Shown here in pieces: positions 24,887 through 35,203 of a DNA stretch of 64,000 nucleotides. Both the position numbers and the translations under genes were made by a program. The stretch's first letter is position 1, and each line of letters opens with the position of its first letter. Source of the stretch: a virus (lineage: Duplodnaviria > Heunggongvirae > Uroviricota > Caudoviricetes); the IMG/VR virus record IMGVR_UViG_3300043568_002650, positions 512 to 64,511 of that record. One strand, written 5' to 3'. The notes under the pieces were generated by a model. The model was not told the origin of the DNA. It did no database searches and saw nothing but the letters and a program-made list of their open reading frames with translations.

Positions 24887-26331
24887 AAAAACTACTTATC
24901 ACAGCAATATTAATACTATTTGGTATTAGTTTTACAAGCGCTCAATACTCTGTAAAAGATCAAGAGAAAAAAATTGTTTGGGTTAGCGGCATACCTACCT
25001 GTCCAAGTGATCCACAAATAACGGCCTTAATCGAAAAAGCTGGACTTGAAAACTTAAAAAAGCCTAAAAAAGGAATTACTAGAGCTGAATCTAATACTTG
25101 TCGGGAACTCGGTAAAGTGTTTAACCAAAGGGAAATGTATGAAGGTGCAGATTGGTATCTAGAGAGAGTGAAAGGTTATGTTGAAGTTATTAATTTAGCA
25201 CCTGATGCAGTATTTGAAATGCCAAAGGAAATTGAGGAAATGCCATTATCCGAAGATAATGTAAAATCATTAGAGTCAGATAAAGCATTCTTAGAAAATC
25301 TCCCACAAAGCTACGATGACGTTTCCCCTAATGACATGAAAAAACTTGCTAGTGAAATTGGAAATAAACTAAAAGCTCTAATTGCAGAAAAGGAAGCTCT
25401 ACTCACAAGTCATGCTCCGCAAGAAGTAATCGACGTAAAGGACGCTACTATTGGAACTCTTGGAAAAGAGAAAAAAATTATCGATCTATCAATTAAAAAA
25501 GATGGATTGGAAGTTGAAGTTGATGACTTAGAAGTTGAAAAGAAAACTTTGACCAAATGGTTATGGTTGTCATGTGCAAGTATATTAGTCGCTTTCTTAG
25601 GGATCATTGCACTACTTCAAAGAAAAACAATTAAAGTAAAAGACGGTGAGATTGAAAGACAGCTGGCAGATATTAATAAAAAGAATACTTATTTAGAATA
25701 TGCGGCACGAATCATTCGTCATGATATGCATAGCGGAATCAATACTTATATGCCTCGAGGATTAAGTGGTTTACAAAAGCGAATTACTCCAGAGATTATT
25801 GCCGAACTTAAAATTGGATCCTCTATACAAATGATACAAGAAGGTCTTTTACATACACAAAAAGTTTATAAAAATGTTTATGAATTTACTAATCTTGTAA
25901 AGGTGAAATCTGAGTTTAATAAAGTGGAAATTGATGCTAAAATCTCATTAGAAAAGTACTTATCAAGCACATCGTATAGTAAACAAGTAAAGATTTTAGA
26001 TCTCGGTACACTATTAGCAAATGAACAATTGTTATGTAATGCTATAGATAATTTAATTAAGAATGGACTTAAATATAATGACCACACGATCAGAACAATC
26101 AAAATATATAAATTAAAAGATTTTATTATTGTTGAAGATAACGGCAAAGGTCTTACCTCTCAAAAATTTGAAGAGTACGTGAAAAGAGGAGTAGATATTG
26201 AAGCTGAAACAGGATTAGGTTTAGGGATTGCGAAAGCAATTATTGAAGAGCATGGATTTAAGCTATCCTGTGAAGAAATACCTTCAGGTGGAACAAAAAT
26301 GAAAATTAAAATAACAAATAATAATGATTGA
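24883..26331 (+). CDS. membrane sensor histidine kinase
   Basis: start MKKLLITAIL (signal peptide), one TM helix, RHDMHSG H box, DNLIKNGLKY, EDNGKG, GLGLGI. Confidence 0.9.
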   Translation: MKKLLITAILILFGISFTSAQYSVKDQEKKIVWVSGIPTCPSDPQITALIEKAGLENLKKPKKGITRAESNTCRELGKVFNQREMYEGADWYLERVKGYVEVINLAPDAVFEMPKEIEEMPLSEDNVKSLESDKAFLENLPQSYDDVSPNDMKKLASEIGNKLKALIAEKEALLTSHAPQEVIDVKDATIGTLGKEKKIIDLSIKKDGLEVEVDDLEVEKKTLTKWLWLSCASILVAFLGIIALLQRKTIKVKDGEIERQLADINKKNTYLEYAARIIRHDMHSGINTYMPRGLSGLQKRITPEIIAELKIGSSIQMIQEGLLHTQKVYKNVYEFTNLVKVKSEFNKVEIDAKISLEKYLSSTSYSKQVKILDLGTLLANEQLLCNAIDNLIKNGLKYNDHTIRTIKIYKLKDFIIVEDNGKGLTSQKFEEYVKRGVDIEAETGLGLGIAKAIIEEHGFKLSCEEIPSGGTKMKIKITNNND

Positions 26332-26755
26332 TTCAATTTTACTAGTGGATGACGAAAGTTTATTTCACCTAGTTTTCGAGGATGCATGTAGTCTCCTTGA
26401 TATCTCTCTTACTTTAGAGAGCATTGACAGTTCAGACGAAGCTGCGAAGCTGTTTGAAGGATGGCAAAAAGATTCAGACGGTAAACCCGAATGCGTATTT
26501 GTGGACCTAAATATTATAGGTTCATCATATGATGGAATTGAACTTATTCGTAAGATTAATTTTGAATACGGTAATAACGTAGTAATTGGAATTATCTCTT
26601 CTTCTGATGAACCGGAAGAGCAGGCAAAAGCAGTTCAATCTGGAGCACAGTTTTGGATTATTAAATCTGACGAAATAGAACCTAGATTAGAAGAGTTTAG
26701 AAATGACTATGAATCATACCGAAATAGAACAGCTCCATTTAAAATATACAGATAA
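26324..26755 (+). CDS. single-domain response regulator (receiver)
   Basis: ILLVDD, phospho-acceptor FVDLN, IISSS, IIKS. Confidence 0.92.
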   Translation: MIDSILLVDDESLFHLVFEDACSLLDISLTLESIDSSDEAAKLFEGWQKDSDGKPECVFVDLNIIGSSYDGIELIRKINFEYGNNVVIGIISSSDEPEEQAKAVQSGAQFWIIKSDEIEPRLEEFRNDYESYRNRTAPFKIYR

Positions 26756-27408
26756 TGAAGTTTAGTAGAGAAGCTATTGATTCAATTATTGCTCTAAAAA
26801 AGAGAAACATCTATTTAGAAGGAAATATTATCAAGCTCATTGAGTCAGATGATGAAGATTTCACTCAATATTTAGCTGAAGCTTTGGCTAAGGATAAAGA
26901 GAATCGTAAGCGCCGCCTTGATGTTACTAAACAAATACAGGGACAAAATTCTGAACTACTTAAAAAGAGAGCAGAAAACGAAAATCTTATGCTTGAACTT
27001 AGAGAAACTTTAGCTGAGATGGAGGAATCTAAATCTCAAATAGAATTTCAAAATACTGAACTTGTTCAGTGGAAAGAAAAGAATGAAATTATTGGAGAAG
27101 AGCTAAAGGCCGCACTAGAGCATGCAGAAAAAGCAAAAGATCTTGCTGAAACAGATTTAGACATGCTACAAAAAAGAACTCAATTTGAATTGATTGGGAC
27201 AATTGTCAAAGTTGCCTTATACGTTATTATAGGAGTCGGTGCCGTGACTACTGTCATGTATAGTATCGCTCTTTTTGCAGATAAGGACACTCAAATTATT
27301 GGATCTACGTGGAGTAACATGTTTGGGATATTATTAACTAACGCATTTTCTATAATCGGTACGATTATGGGTGTAAAATACGCTAGTGAAAAACCCAAAA
27401 AAGAATAA
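26755..27408 (+). CDS. coiled-coil protein with two C-terminal TM helices
   Basis: long heptads then IVKVALYVIIGVGAVTTVMYSIALF and MFGILLTNAFSIIGTIMGV. Confidence 0.8.
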   Translation: MKFSREAIDSIIALKKRNIYLEGNIIKLIESDDEDFTQYLAEALAKDKENRKRRLDVTKQIQGQNSELLKKRAENENLMLELRETLAEMEESKSQIEFQNTELVQWKEKNEIIGEELKAALEHAEKAKDLAETDLDMLQKRTQFELIGTIVKVALYVIIGVGAVTTVMYSIALFADKDTQIIGSTWSNMFGILLTNAFSIIGTIMGVKYASEKPKKE

Positions 27409-27422
27409 AAAAATAAATTAAA

Positions 27423-27731
27423 ATGGCTGAGAAAAAACAAACAAAGGGAAACTTATTTTTCGGATGGGAAAATATTAAGTGGTTTATTAAAGAAATTAGA
27501 GAAATGTATTCATCAAGTAATTCATATTTTTCTAAAAAGAGAATTGAATCAGGCGTAGCATTTGCAGTAGCTCAATGGGGAATGATTTTCTTCCTACTTG
27601 AGAAGCACACTGAAATGACATCTTCTGATCTTGCAATTTGGGCAGGTATTGAGTTTGCTGTATCTGGATATATCGTTAATCAGATCCAAAAGGAGAAGAA
27701 AGGGTCTTCAGATGAGTCTGAGAACTCATAA
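27423..27731 (+). CDS. small two-TM protein, holin candidate
   Basis: 102 aa, two hydrophobic helices, charged tail, directly before the endolysin. Confidence 0.55.
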   Translation: MAEKKQTKGNLFFGWENIKWFIKEIREMYSSSNSYFSKKRIESGVAFAVAQWGMIFFLLEKHTEMTSSDLAIWAGIEFAVSGYIVNQIQKEKKGSSDESENS

Positions 27732-27751
27732 TAAAAATAATACAATAACTT

Positions 27752-28579
27752 ATGTTACTAAAGAAAGGATCCTCTGGAGAGGACGTAAAAAGACTTCAGA
27801 TAAAATTAGGCCTTACTCCAGATGCGGGTGTTGCACAGTTTGGTCCAAAGACGGAATCCGCTGTTAAATCATGGCAAAAAGCAAATGGTTTAGAAGATGA
27901 TGGTATAGTAGGTGATACTACTTGGGGAAAACTATTTGGTGTAACTGATCAGATCACAGATGCAGTTACTCAAGTTCAAGGTCTTGCTCTAGATAAACTA
28001 AAGGGGCATATTGCAGAGGTAGTATTTCAACAAATCGCAGGAGTATGTAAGGCATTTAATATTACAAATAATTTAAGACTAGCTCATTTTCTTGCACAGT
28101 GTTCACATGAATCAGGTGGATTTAAAGCAGTGAGTGAAAACTTAAATTACTCAGCAGATGGACTAAAGAAAATATTTCCAAAATATTTTCCAGGAAACCT
28201 AAATGAGTCATATGCAAGACAACCTGAAAAGATTGCAAGCAGAGTCTATGGCGGTCGTATGGGAAATGGTGATGAGTCAACTAAGGAAGGTTACAAGTTT
28301 AGAGGTCGCGGATATATCCAATTAACTGGTAAAAGCAATTATGAAACATTTACTAAATTTATTGGCGAAGACTGTATTGCTAATCCTGACCTAGTTGCAA
28401 CAAAATATCCATTAGCATCAGCTGCATTCTTCTTTAATAAAAATGGACTATGGTCAATTTGTGATAAAGGAGCAGATGACACGACTGTTACTGCTGTGAC
28501 TAAAAGAGTAAACGGTGGAACGATTGGATTAGCGGATCGTATTAAACACTTTAAGGAATATTATAATCTACTTAAGTAA
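27752..28579 (+). CDS. endolysin: PG-binding domain plus GH19 glycosidase
   Basis: LKKGSSGEDVKRLQ..FGPKTESAVKSWQ..DGIVG; AHFLAQCSHESGGF; FRGRGYIQLTG; VTKRVNGG. Confidence 0.93.
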   Translation: MLLKKGSSGEDVKRLQIKLGLTPDAGVAQFGPKTESAVKSWQKANGLEDDGIVGDTTWGKLFGVTDQITDAVTQVQGLALDKLKGHIAEVVFQQIAGVCKAFNITNNLRLAHFLAQCSHESGGFKAVSENLNYSADGLKKIFPKYFPGNLNESYARQPEKIASRVYGGRMGNGDESTKEGYKFRGRGYIQLTGKSNYETFTKFIGEDCIANPDLVATKYPLASAAFFFNKNGLWSICDKGADDTTVTAVTKRVNGGTIGLADRIKHFKEYYNLLK

Positions 28580-28633
28580 AGAGGTATAAATAACAAAGGG
28601 AGAACTGGTCTCCCTTTAAAATAATTCACACCT

Positions 28634-28864
28634 ATGAATAAAGGAGAGCGCTTCATATTCTATGGCAAATCAGGTGTGGTTAAAGGTATTGTTGCTAACT
28701 CTTTTGAAAAAGTGACATATGATCTTAAACACGGAGTAAAAGTCATAACACCCTATATTGTTTCGACTGACGATGAAACATATAATGAAAAATTGTGTTT
28801 AAAAATTGATTCAGAGATAGGACCAACTTTTTTAAAGAAGTTATTAAACTTCTTTAGTCGGTAA
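28634..28864 (+). CDS. hypothetical protein
   Basis: TATAAATA at 28585 upstream. Confidence 0.65.
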   Translation: MNKGERFIFYGKSGVVKGIVANSFEKVTYDLKHGVKVITPYIVSTDDETYNEKLCLKIDSEIGPTFLKKLLNFFSR

Positions 28865-29750
28865 TTTGATCGAGCGCCTTTTTTATCTCCTTAACTCCAC
28901 CTACCTCCTTAAGTAGGATTCTAAAATTATCAATTAGAGAATCTGCAGTCAAGTTAGATTCAATATCTTGAGTAGAGGATTTAGAAAGAAGATCCTTTTG
29001 AAAAGCTAATACTTCTCTTAACTTCTCAGATTTTTCAGTATCTTGTAGAGAACTGAATCCGATTGATTTTACACGTTCACGTTTTCCTTTTATATCAGCA
29101 GATATCTCTTCAATATTTGGAGTAACTTCAGATACCATAAATCTCTTTAGACTTTCTTTAACTGCAGAATATCGTAAGTATTGATTTAAGTTATTTGTAA
29201 ATTCTTGTTGCTTTTTCTCAATATTTGTAGATTCATCATAGAGAAGATCTAAAAAATCAGATGCATCAATTGTTGGAGCATCATCTCCATTTGGTGTAAT
29301 TCTATTTGTTGCAGCAGTAAGTAGTCCAGTAAGTTCATTTGGTAAAATTGTAAATCGAATAATTTTTGATTCGTTTCGATCAATGATCTTCTTAGAATGA
29401 TGCACGATAGATAGTCGGTCAGCTACTATTTTATTAGAAATGTTTGCGTATCGTCCATAAGAGTAATTAGATGATCCTGGGGAAGTAAGATATATTTTTA
29501 AGTCCTTTGAATCTCCGTATATTGATGATAATAATTCATTTTGAACTGGGCGTAGTGTTAACTCGATTGAGCCTTGTGAAGAAGTGGATATGATATACAT
29601 TGACTCTGGAAAAGATGACATAAGAGTAGTCAGAGCATTCATATATTCTTCATCAAGTTCAGTAAGCTGACGTTCTGGAATCTCAAAAGAATAATAAGTC
29701 TTTTGAGATTCATTTAAAGAGATCCAATATTTAAAGTCAAGTAAATTCAT
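28854..29750 (-). CDS. hypothetical late protein with capsid-targeting-like N-terminus
   Basis: MNLLDFKYWISLNE. Confidence 0.75.
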   Translation of the reverse strand: MNLLDFKYWISLNESQKTYYSFEIPERQLTELDEEYMNALTTLMSSFPESMYIISTSSQGSIELTLRPVQNELLSSIYGDSKDLKIYLTSPGSSNYSYGRYANISNKIVADRLSIVHHSKKIIDRNESKIIRFTILPNELTGLLTAATNRITPNGDDAPTIDASDFLDLLYDESTNIEKKQQEFTNNLNQYLRYSAVKESLKRFMVSEVTPNIEEISADIKGKRERVKSIGFSSLQDTEKSEKLREVLAFQKDLLSKSSTQDIESNLTADSLIDNFRILLKEVGGVKEIKKALDQITD

Positions 29751-30109
29751 TAGTAGTTTAAAAAGTCTAATCCGTTTGCCGCAATGAGATCAAAGAAGGA
29801 ATCTGCTGAGTCCTCATATACAAGTATTTCACCTAAGCTAAGGAGTGCACGATTTTCATCTATATTAAGTTCAAGTAGATATTTGGAACCACTATAGTTA
29901 AACTTGATCTCAATAATTCCATCGCCTACCATTCCTCTCACATTTGATGCACCCGACTCTTCTAAGTATTCTTGAATTCGATGAGAGTGATCTAATAATT
30001 GGAACTCAGATCCATCTTCATTAGGAGCTTCAAAATCACGAAGCTCACCCGAATCATCGATGTAAGCTTCGTTAATAAATTGTTGATATGTCTTTGCTCT
30101 TCCTATCAT
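29750..30109 (-). CDS. hypothetical late protein with capsid-targeting-like N-terminus
   Basis: MIGRAKTYQQFINE. Confidence 0.75.
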   Translation of the reverse strand: MIGRAKTYQQFINEAYIDDSGELRDFEAPNEDGSEFQLLDHSHRIQEYLEESGASNVRGMVGDGIIEIKFNYSGSKYLLELNIDENRALLSLGEILVYEDSADSFFDLIAANGLDFLNY

Positions 30110-30122
30110 TGTACCAAGAGAC

Positions 30123-32201
30123 TTATTTTTTTACACTCTTTATTGCTCGTTTGTATATTGCAAGGTATGTATTAAAATATACTGTTGCTGGGTTGTCGCT
30201 ACCTATTACATATTTTAGTTCAACTGCAGCTAATGAATCAATTAACCCATTAGCCTTAATGACTGCAAATACTTTACTCCATTCTTCTGAATCAAGATCG
30301 TCTCTAAGCCAATAACTTAAAGCTATGTCCTGATTTGCAGAGTCTTTCTTAAATGCTGTATGCAAGGCAACAAGATCGGCTTTTGTCTTTATTTTCTTGT
30401 ATACACGAACGATTTCAGTAATAACTGTACCTGCGTCATCCATTGCAAGAATTAAATTATGTGCTAGACCAGCCATTGCGTCCTTACTGATAGTTCCGCC
30501 AGCTGAACTAGAAGAAGTTACTCCGCCAATACCATATGTATCAATTAATGGTTTCGGATCATTTACTTTTTCCCAAGCTCCAACTCCATTTAAACTGACG
30601 TTCCATACTTTATTGACTACTTTATATAGGTGCTTGTCTGCTCTAGATGGAACACCACCAGTATTTACGATTTTAATAAAATGACCATCAGCAGATGGTG
30701 CTTTTTCAATTAATGTTTTTATTGAAGACGGATTAAGAAGTATCGTTAGAGGTCCTTTATCTTTTTTAGAATACCATACTTTATCTTTTACGAAATAACT
30801 ATAATCGTTCTTTCCTTGTAAAAAGTAAGCGTTTGAATCTACTTTATTACTATTATTATTTTGAGTATTTAGGTTACGTGTTGAAGTAGTAGTCGATTTG
30901 CTCGGAGCAACTGTCTCTGCGTTTGCAAAATTAAATTCAGATTCAATGATTAGACTCATTCCATCTAATCCAATATAGTTAGAAACTGACTCATTAACTT
31001 TTTGAACCATGTTAACAAATTCAGGTTCAATAACTGAACCATTATTATTAGGATATTTTGGATTCTCTGCAATAATTTTTAAAAGTTTAACCAGTGCACT
31101 AGTTAATGAGCCATAATTTCCAAGGTAACCCTTTGCCCCAGCTTTCTTAAACGCTTGATACGTTGAATGGTTTGCAAGGTGTCTTGCAAATTTCTTAGCT
31201 AATAAATCTTGGAATTTCTTTAATTCTGGATTATTTTGCATACCTTCAATAAATCCAGTAGCCGGAACTTTAATATCTCCGGTATTTGCTTGTGAACTAT
31301 TTGCAATACCTAAGAATTCGCCTACATCAAATCCTCTAATTACATCTGACTCTGACTCTACAATTCGAGTAGCAGAAAGATCTAAATAAAATTCTTTAGA
31401 TTCTGCAGTATACGAGATCATATCAACTAGTTTTTGAGTAATCTCGTCGGCTTCAATTTCTCCAGCAAATTCACTATCTGGAATAGCGAATCCTGCATTT
31501 ATAGCTTTAATAAATAGCTGTGATGATTGTCCTAATTTCTTAGCACCAGCTTCTGCTCTTACGTTAGCCATAATAGGGGCAGCCTTTGCTCTAGGCTCAG
31601 TTAATATTTTATTGTATGCAAGAATAACAAAACTAATTAATTTAGGATCAGTTGAGTCCATCATTGCAGCAATAGGATAAGGTAATTTAAAACCAGTAGT
31701 ACTAGTATTAGATCCTTTTGTTTGACCAGATACAATATTTGAAATTGCTTTAGTATTTAATATTGCTCCGCCTAGTGCTTGAGCTAATTCGGTTGAGCTA
31801 ACAAATCTAACTTGTGAATTAATTCCAGGCTGCGTTGGGTCCTGCATCTTAAGAGCATTCTTATTATAGATCTTAAAGATAACTACCTGTTTTCTATCAT
31901 TGTCTTTACCTACTTCGTATACAACAACATTATTTGTGAGATCTTTTAATGCAGAATAGTAACTAATTATTTCACCTTGACTTTGTATCCAAGCTAGGAG
32001 AGCATCGAAGCCATCGATTGTCATTCTACCGTTACCGTCAATAATATCTGCATCATTAACAATCTTTAGCTTTAACGTGCTTTTATCAATAGGTATCGCA
32101 ACGATCTTATTATTTTTATCTCCACTTTCTCTTTCTCTTCCTGGAAGGTCAGCTTCATTTATTTTCTTCCAGTCTCCGAATTTTTGAATGATATGGCTCA
32201 T
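30123..32201 (-). CDS. large hypothetical virion-associated protein
   Basis: 692 aa; MSHIIQKFGDWKKINE; internal RIVESE and LIIESE repeats. Confidence 0.75.
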   Translation of the reverse strand: MSHIIQKFGDWKKINEADLPGRERESGDKNNKIVAIPIDKSTLKLKIVNDADIIDGNGRMTIDGFDALLAWIQSQGEIISYYSALKDLTNNVVVYEVGKDNDRKQVVIFKIYNKNALKMQDPTQPGINSQVRFVSSTELAQALGGAILNTKAISNIVSGQTKGSNTSTTGFKLPYPIAAMMDSTDPKLISFVILAYNKILTEPRAKAAPIMANVRAEAGAKKLGQSSQLFIKAINAGFAIPDSEFAGEIEADEITQKLVDMISYTAESKEFYLDLSATRIVESESDVIRGFDVGEFLGIANSSQANTGDIKVPATGFIEGMQNNPELKKFQDLLAKKFARHLANHSTYQAFKKAGAKGYLGNYGSLTSALVKLLKIIAENPKYPNNNGSVIEPEFVNMVQKVNESVSNYIGLDGMSLIIESEFNFANAETVAPSKSTTTSTRNLNTQNNNSNKVDSNAYFLQGKNDYSYFVKDKVWYSKKDKGPLTILLNPSSIKTLIEKAPSADGHFIKIVNTGGVPSRADKHLYKVVNKVWNVSLNGVGAWEKVNDPKPLIDTYGIGGVTSSSSAGGTISKDAMAGLAHNLILAMDDAGTVITEIVRVYKKIKTKADLVALHTAFKKDSANQDIALSYWLRDDLDSEEWSKVFAVIKANGLIDSLAAVELKYVIGSDNPATVYFNTYLAIYKRAIKSVKK

Positions 32202-32223
32202 AGTTATGGGCTTATTATTTTTA

Positions 32224-32571
32224 TTATTTATCTGAGTTACCCTCTTCAGTTTGATGTAATTCTTCCCAATATTTATCGGATTCTTCCTGTAGAGTTAGCT
32301 TTTCCTCATCTGTCAATGGACGTGATTCTTTTTCCCAAATCGATGCTACCATTTCTTGTAGATGATGTGGTAAAAAGTGCCATGCCATGACGTCTAGTCC
32401 ATTCTGGTCTAACATGGATTCTAAATATATTCCGGTGTCACAAAACTCCCTTAGTGTCTTGCAAGTATCTCTTCTTACATGCTGAGTAAGAATAGTAAAT
32501 CGTGAATTGTCGTGAATCGAGACTTCCCATTTTTCAAGAAAATCTAGTCTTTTTGAGTCTGTAATTTGCAT
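32224..32571 (-). CDS. hypothetical protein
   Basis: 115 aa ORF. Confidence 0.65.
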   Translation of the reverse strand: MQITDSKRLDFLEKWEVSIHDNSRFTILTQHVRRDTCKTLREFCDTGIYLESMLDQNGLDVMAWHFLPHHLQEMVASIWEKESRPLTDEEKLTLQEESDKYWEELHQTEEGNSDK

Positions 32572-32672
32572 ATTTTTCTTTAATTTATTTAAACTCTTAA
32601 TTTTTTTTTAGTTCTTTAATCAAACTAACAACGTTTAATTATTTAAAAAAGTAAACATTAATTTAAGAAATT

Positions 32673-33557
32673 GTGAGACAATTAAAAATTACACCAAACA
32701 ACTTGACCGGCCGAACTGATAATATCTCAAGATATTTCACAGACGTTTCAAGCTGCACAATGCTTGGTCCAGAAGAAGAATTTAGTATTGGACTACGAGC
32801 TCAACAGGGTGATGAAGAAGCCATTGAAAAATTAATTTCATCAAACTTAAGATTTGTAGTTTCTGTGGCAAAGCAGTATGCATCATCTGGTGTCCTATTA
32901 GAAGACCTAATCTGTCAGGGAAATATTGGTTTGTGTGACGCAGCTAGAATGTTTGACCCGACTCGAGGATTCAAGTTTATTTCATTTGCCGTATGGCATA
33001 TCAGAAAAGAGATCTTGTCCTACCTAAATTCAGATCACCGAACGGTTAGGATTCCTCAAAATGTACTAAATGATTTAACTAAGGTTAGACGAGCGGATGA
33101 GGTTATTCTTCAGGAAGAGGGCCGATATGGCACAGCTGATGAATTGCAAGAAACTATTTCTAAGACGGGAAAAGATTTTACAGTCGATCATATTAAAAGG
33201 ATTACTAATGCAGACACTCGATCAGTTCCACTAGAATCTGATAAACCGGATGAATATAGCGGACCGCTAGATTGGTTAAGTAGTGGAAGCACCGCTACTC
33301 AATTTACGGATGAATCTGACATGAGTGAGATGGCAAAAATTGTCCTTGCTAAATTAACAAATATTCAAAAGGATATTGTTACTCGAAGACTTGGAATAGA
33401 TGGCTGTGAACCTGAAACCTTTTCAACGATTGCAGGTAGATATGAAAGAACTCCTGAATGGGCACGAGCAATCTATGTTAAATCAATTAGAGGTATGCGA
33501 AGTAGACTAAACAGATCTCACATCACTCGAGATAGAGTAATAAATTGCGAGATTTAA
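32673..33557 (+). CDS. RNA polymerase sigma70 factor (RpoD/RpoS-like) 1
   Basis: SNLRFVVSVAKQY, DLICQGNIGL..AARMFDPTRGFKFISFAVWHIR, region 4 HTH. Confidence 0.93.
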   Translation: MRQLKITPNNLTGRTDNISRYFTDVSSCTMLGPEEEFSIGLRAQQGDEEAIEKLISSNLRFVVSVAKQYASSGVLLEDLICQGNIGLCDAARMFDPTRGFKFISFAVWHIRKEILSYLNSDHRTVRIPQNVLNDLTKVRRADEVILQEEGRYGTADELQETISKTGKDFTVDHIKRITNADTRSVPLESDKPDEYSGPLDWLSSGSTATQFTDESDMSEMAKIVLAKLTNIQKDIVTRRLGIDGCEPETFSTIAGRYERTPEWARAIYVKSIRGMRSRLNRSHITRDRVINCEI

Positions 33558-34123
33558 TCCTGATCAAAGTATCCCTTACGAGTCTTATGTTTAACTGAGA
33601 ATTCTGGATCTTCTAAATCGACATGATCAAGTATCCATCGCATAGCAACTCGATAAAATTGATCTTCTGGTGTAGAACGAAGGTCTATAATTCTAATATC
33701 CATTGATCCATATCCATATGGCCTTCTACCTCGTACTCCAGTCCATATTCCTTTTGGAGTCATTCGACGAATCACCTTTGGTCCAGGAAAAAGACCAATT
33801 GCATATTTATCATGTGGACGATATCCAGGAAAACCGAAAAGTATTGATCCATTTAATAATTGAGTCTTAGAAGAGACTAATTCAAGTCCATGGGATTGAA
33901 GTTCAGCATATTCTGGACTGCTTACGATAGCTTGAATCTCCGGAACGTTGTCTATAATTGAAGGGACTCCTCTCTTTCTTAGAAAAGCCGTGATTTCACG
34001 GTCATCGATCATTCCAAGATAAACAAGTTGGCGCAAATCTTCTATTTTTTGGTTTATGTCCTCTTCTGACTCGTTTTCAAATACTCTTGACCACTTTCCA
34101 AAACCTGTTACAAAATTCTCCAT
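33554..34123 (-). CDS. hypothetical late protein (targeting-like plus SHOCT-like motif)
   Basis: FGKWSRVFENE; KIEDLRQLVYLGMID. Confidence 0.7.
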   Translation of the reverse strand: MENFVTGFGKWSRVFENESEEDINQKIEDLRQLVYLGMIDDREITAFLRKRGVPSIIDNVPEIQAIVSSPEYAELQSHGLELVSSKTQLLNGSILFGFPGYRPHDKYAIGLFPGPKVIRRMTPKGIWTGVRGRRPYGYGSMDIRIIDLRSTPEDQFYRVAMRWILDHVDLEDPEFSVKHKTRKGYFDQD

Positions 34124-34207
34124 CGCGGTAGTTTTTATTATTTATTCAAAAAGAAAGCCCGAACTCTCGCTCGGGCCAACCGTAAATCGCCTAGGGTAGC
34201 AGACGAT

Positions 34208-34606
34208 TTATAATAATCCTAATTCTTTAAGTAGATCATCAGCACTTCTTTCTTGACGAGTTTCATCATTTGAAAGTTGCTTATACCTCTTAATTTGCAT
34301 AATATCATTTTTAGTAAGCTCCCTATTATCCATATTAAGTATAGGATAAATTGATCTAAAATATTTAGCCCATATCATTTTCATCTTTTTAAAGATTAAA
34401 CCCTTTAGTGTAGAGTTATCATAAAGATCCATCATGCCATGAAACCAAATCATTAGGTCAGCAGTCTTAAGTTGACCTTGGGAAGCAGCCTCCTCAAATT
34501 CTCTATTTAGGGTGTCAGCGCGATCAGTGATTTGCTGTTCATCCTCATTATTCTCATTTAGTCTAACCCAGTTTCTAAATGTTGTTACATACATATGTTG
34601 AGCCAT
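34208..34606 (-). CDS. hypothetical late protein
   Basis: FRNWVRLNE. Confidence 0.7.
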   Translation of the reverse strand: MAQHMYVTTFRNWVRLNENNEDEQQITDRADTLNREFEEAASQGQLKTADLMIWFHGMMDLYDNSTLKGLIFKKMKMIWAKYFRSIYPILNMDNRELTKNDIMQIKRYKQLSNDETRQERSADDLLKELGLL

Positions 34607-34625
34607 CAGTATCCTAATTTTATTT

Positions 34626-34988
34626 TTATTTATTTGCGTAACGTATTAGTAATTCGCCAATCACCTCAATCTTGCCAACAAGCCTTTGAAACTCGACCTG
34701 TTCCAACTTAATCTTACTAGAAGTTCCGCGAGCAAGTTCTTTTACGAGTGAACTTAATTCAGATTGTAGAGATTTAGTATCTATCTTGCCAGAGGCTGCC
34801 CTCTTGTAATACGGAAGTTTTACAACAAAGTGTTGATACGTAAGTAGAGCAGATCCGCCTTTCTCCTTAGCTGCATTTGAAATTTTAGTTGCTCCTTCTA
34901 GACGAGCTTTTGAAAACTCCTCAAAGGTTAGGTCTTGTGTTTTAGCTTCATTAATGAATAGTGAATACGCTTTAATTAGGTCTTCCAT
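34626..34988 (-). CDS. hypothetical late protein
   Basis: MEDLIKAYSLFINE. Confidence 0.7.
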   Translation of the reverse strand: MEDLIKAYSLFINEAKTQDLTFEEFSKARLEGATKISNAAKEKGGSALLTYQHFVVKLPYYKRAASGKIDTKSLQSELSSLVKELARGTSSKIKLEQVEFQRLVGKIEVIGELLIRYANK

Positions 34989-35002
34989 TGATACAAATTA
35001 TT

Positions 35003-35200
35003 TTAACTTCCTAGGAATTGGATATTTTCAGGTCGCCATTCAACTACTCCATTTGCCTCGTAAGGGAATGAACCCATGGTTGCTTTAGCTAACTTATCTA
35101 GAGGATCCTCGATCTTAGGAGTAGGCAGGGGCCCATATTGAACTTCACTTTTAGGTGAATCAATATTCTTAATTATCTTACCGTTGAATAGTCCGTCCAT
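35003..35200 (-). CDS. hypothetical protein
   Basis: 65 aa ORF in operon. Confidence 0.6.
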   Translation of the reverse strand: MDGLFNGKIIKNIDSPKSEVQYGPLPTPKIEDPLDKLAKATMGSFPYEANGVVEWRPENIQFLGS

Positions 35201-35203
35201 TTT

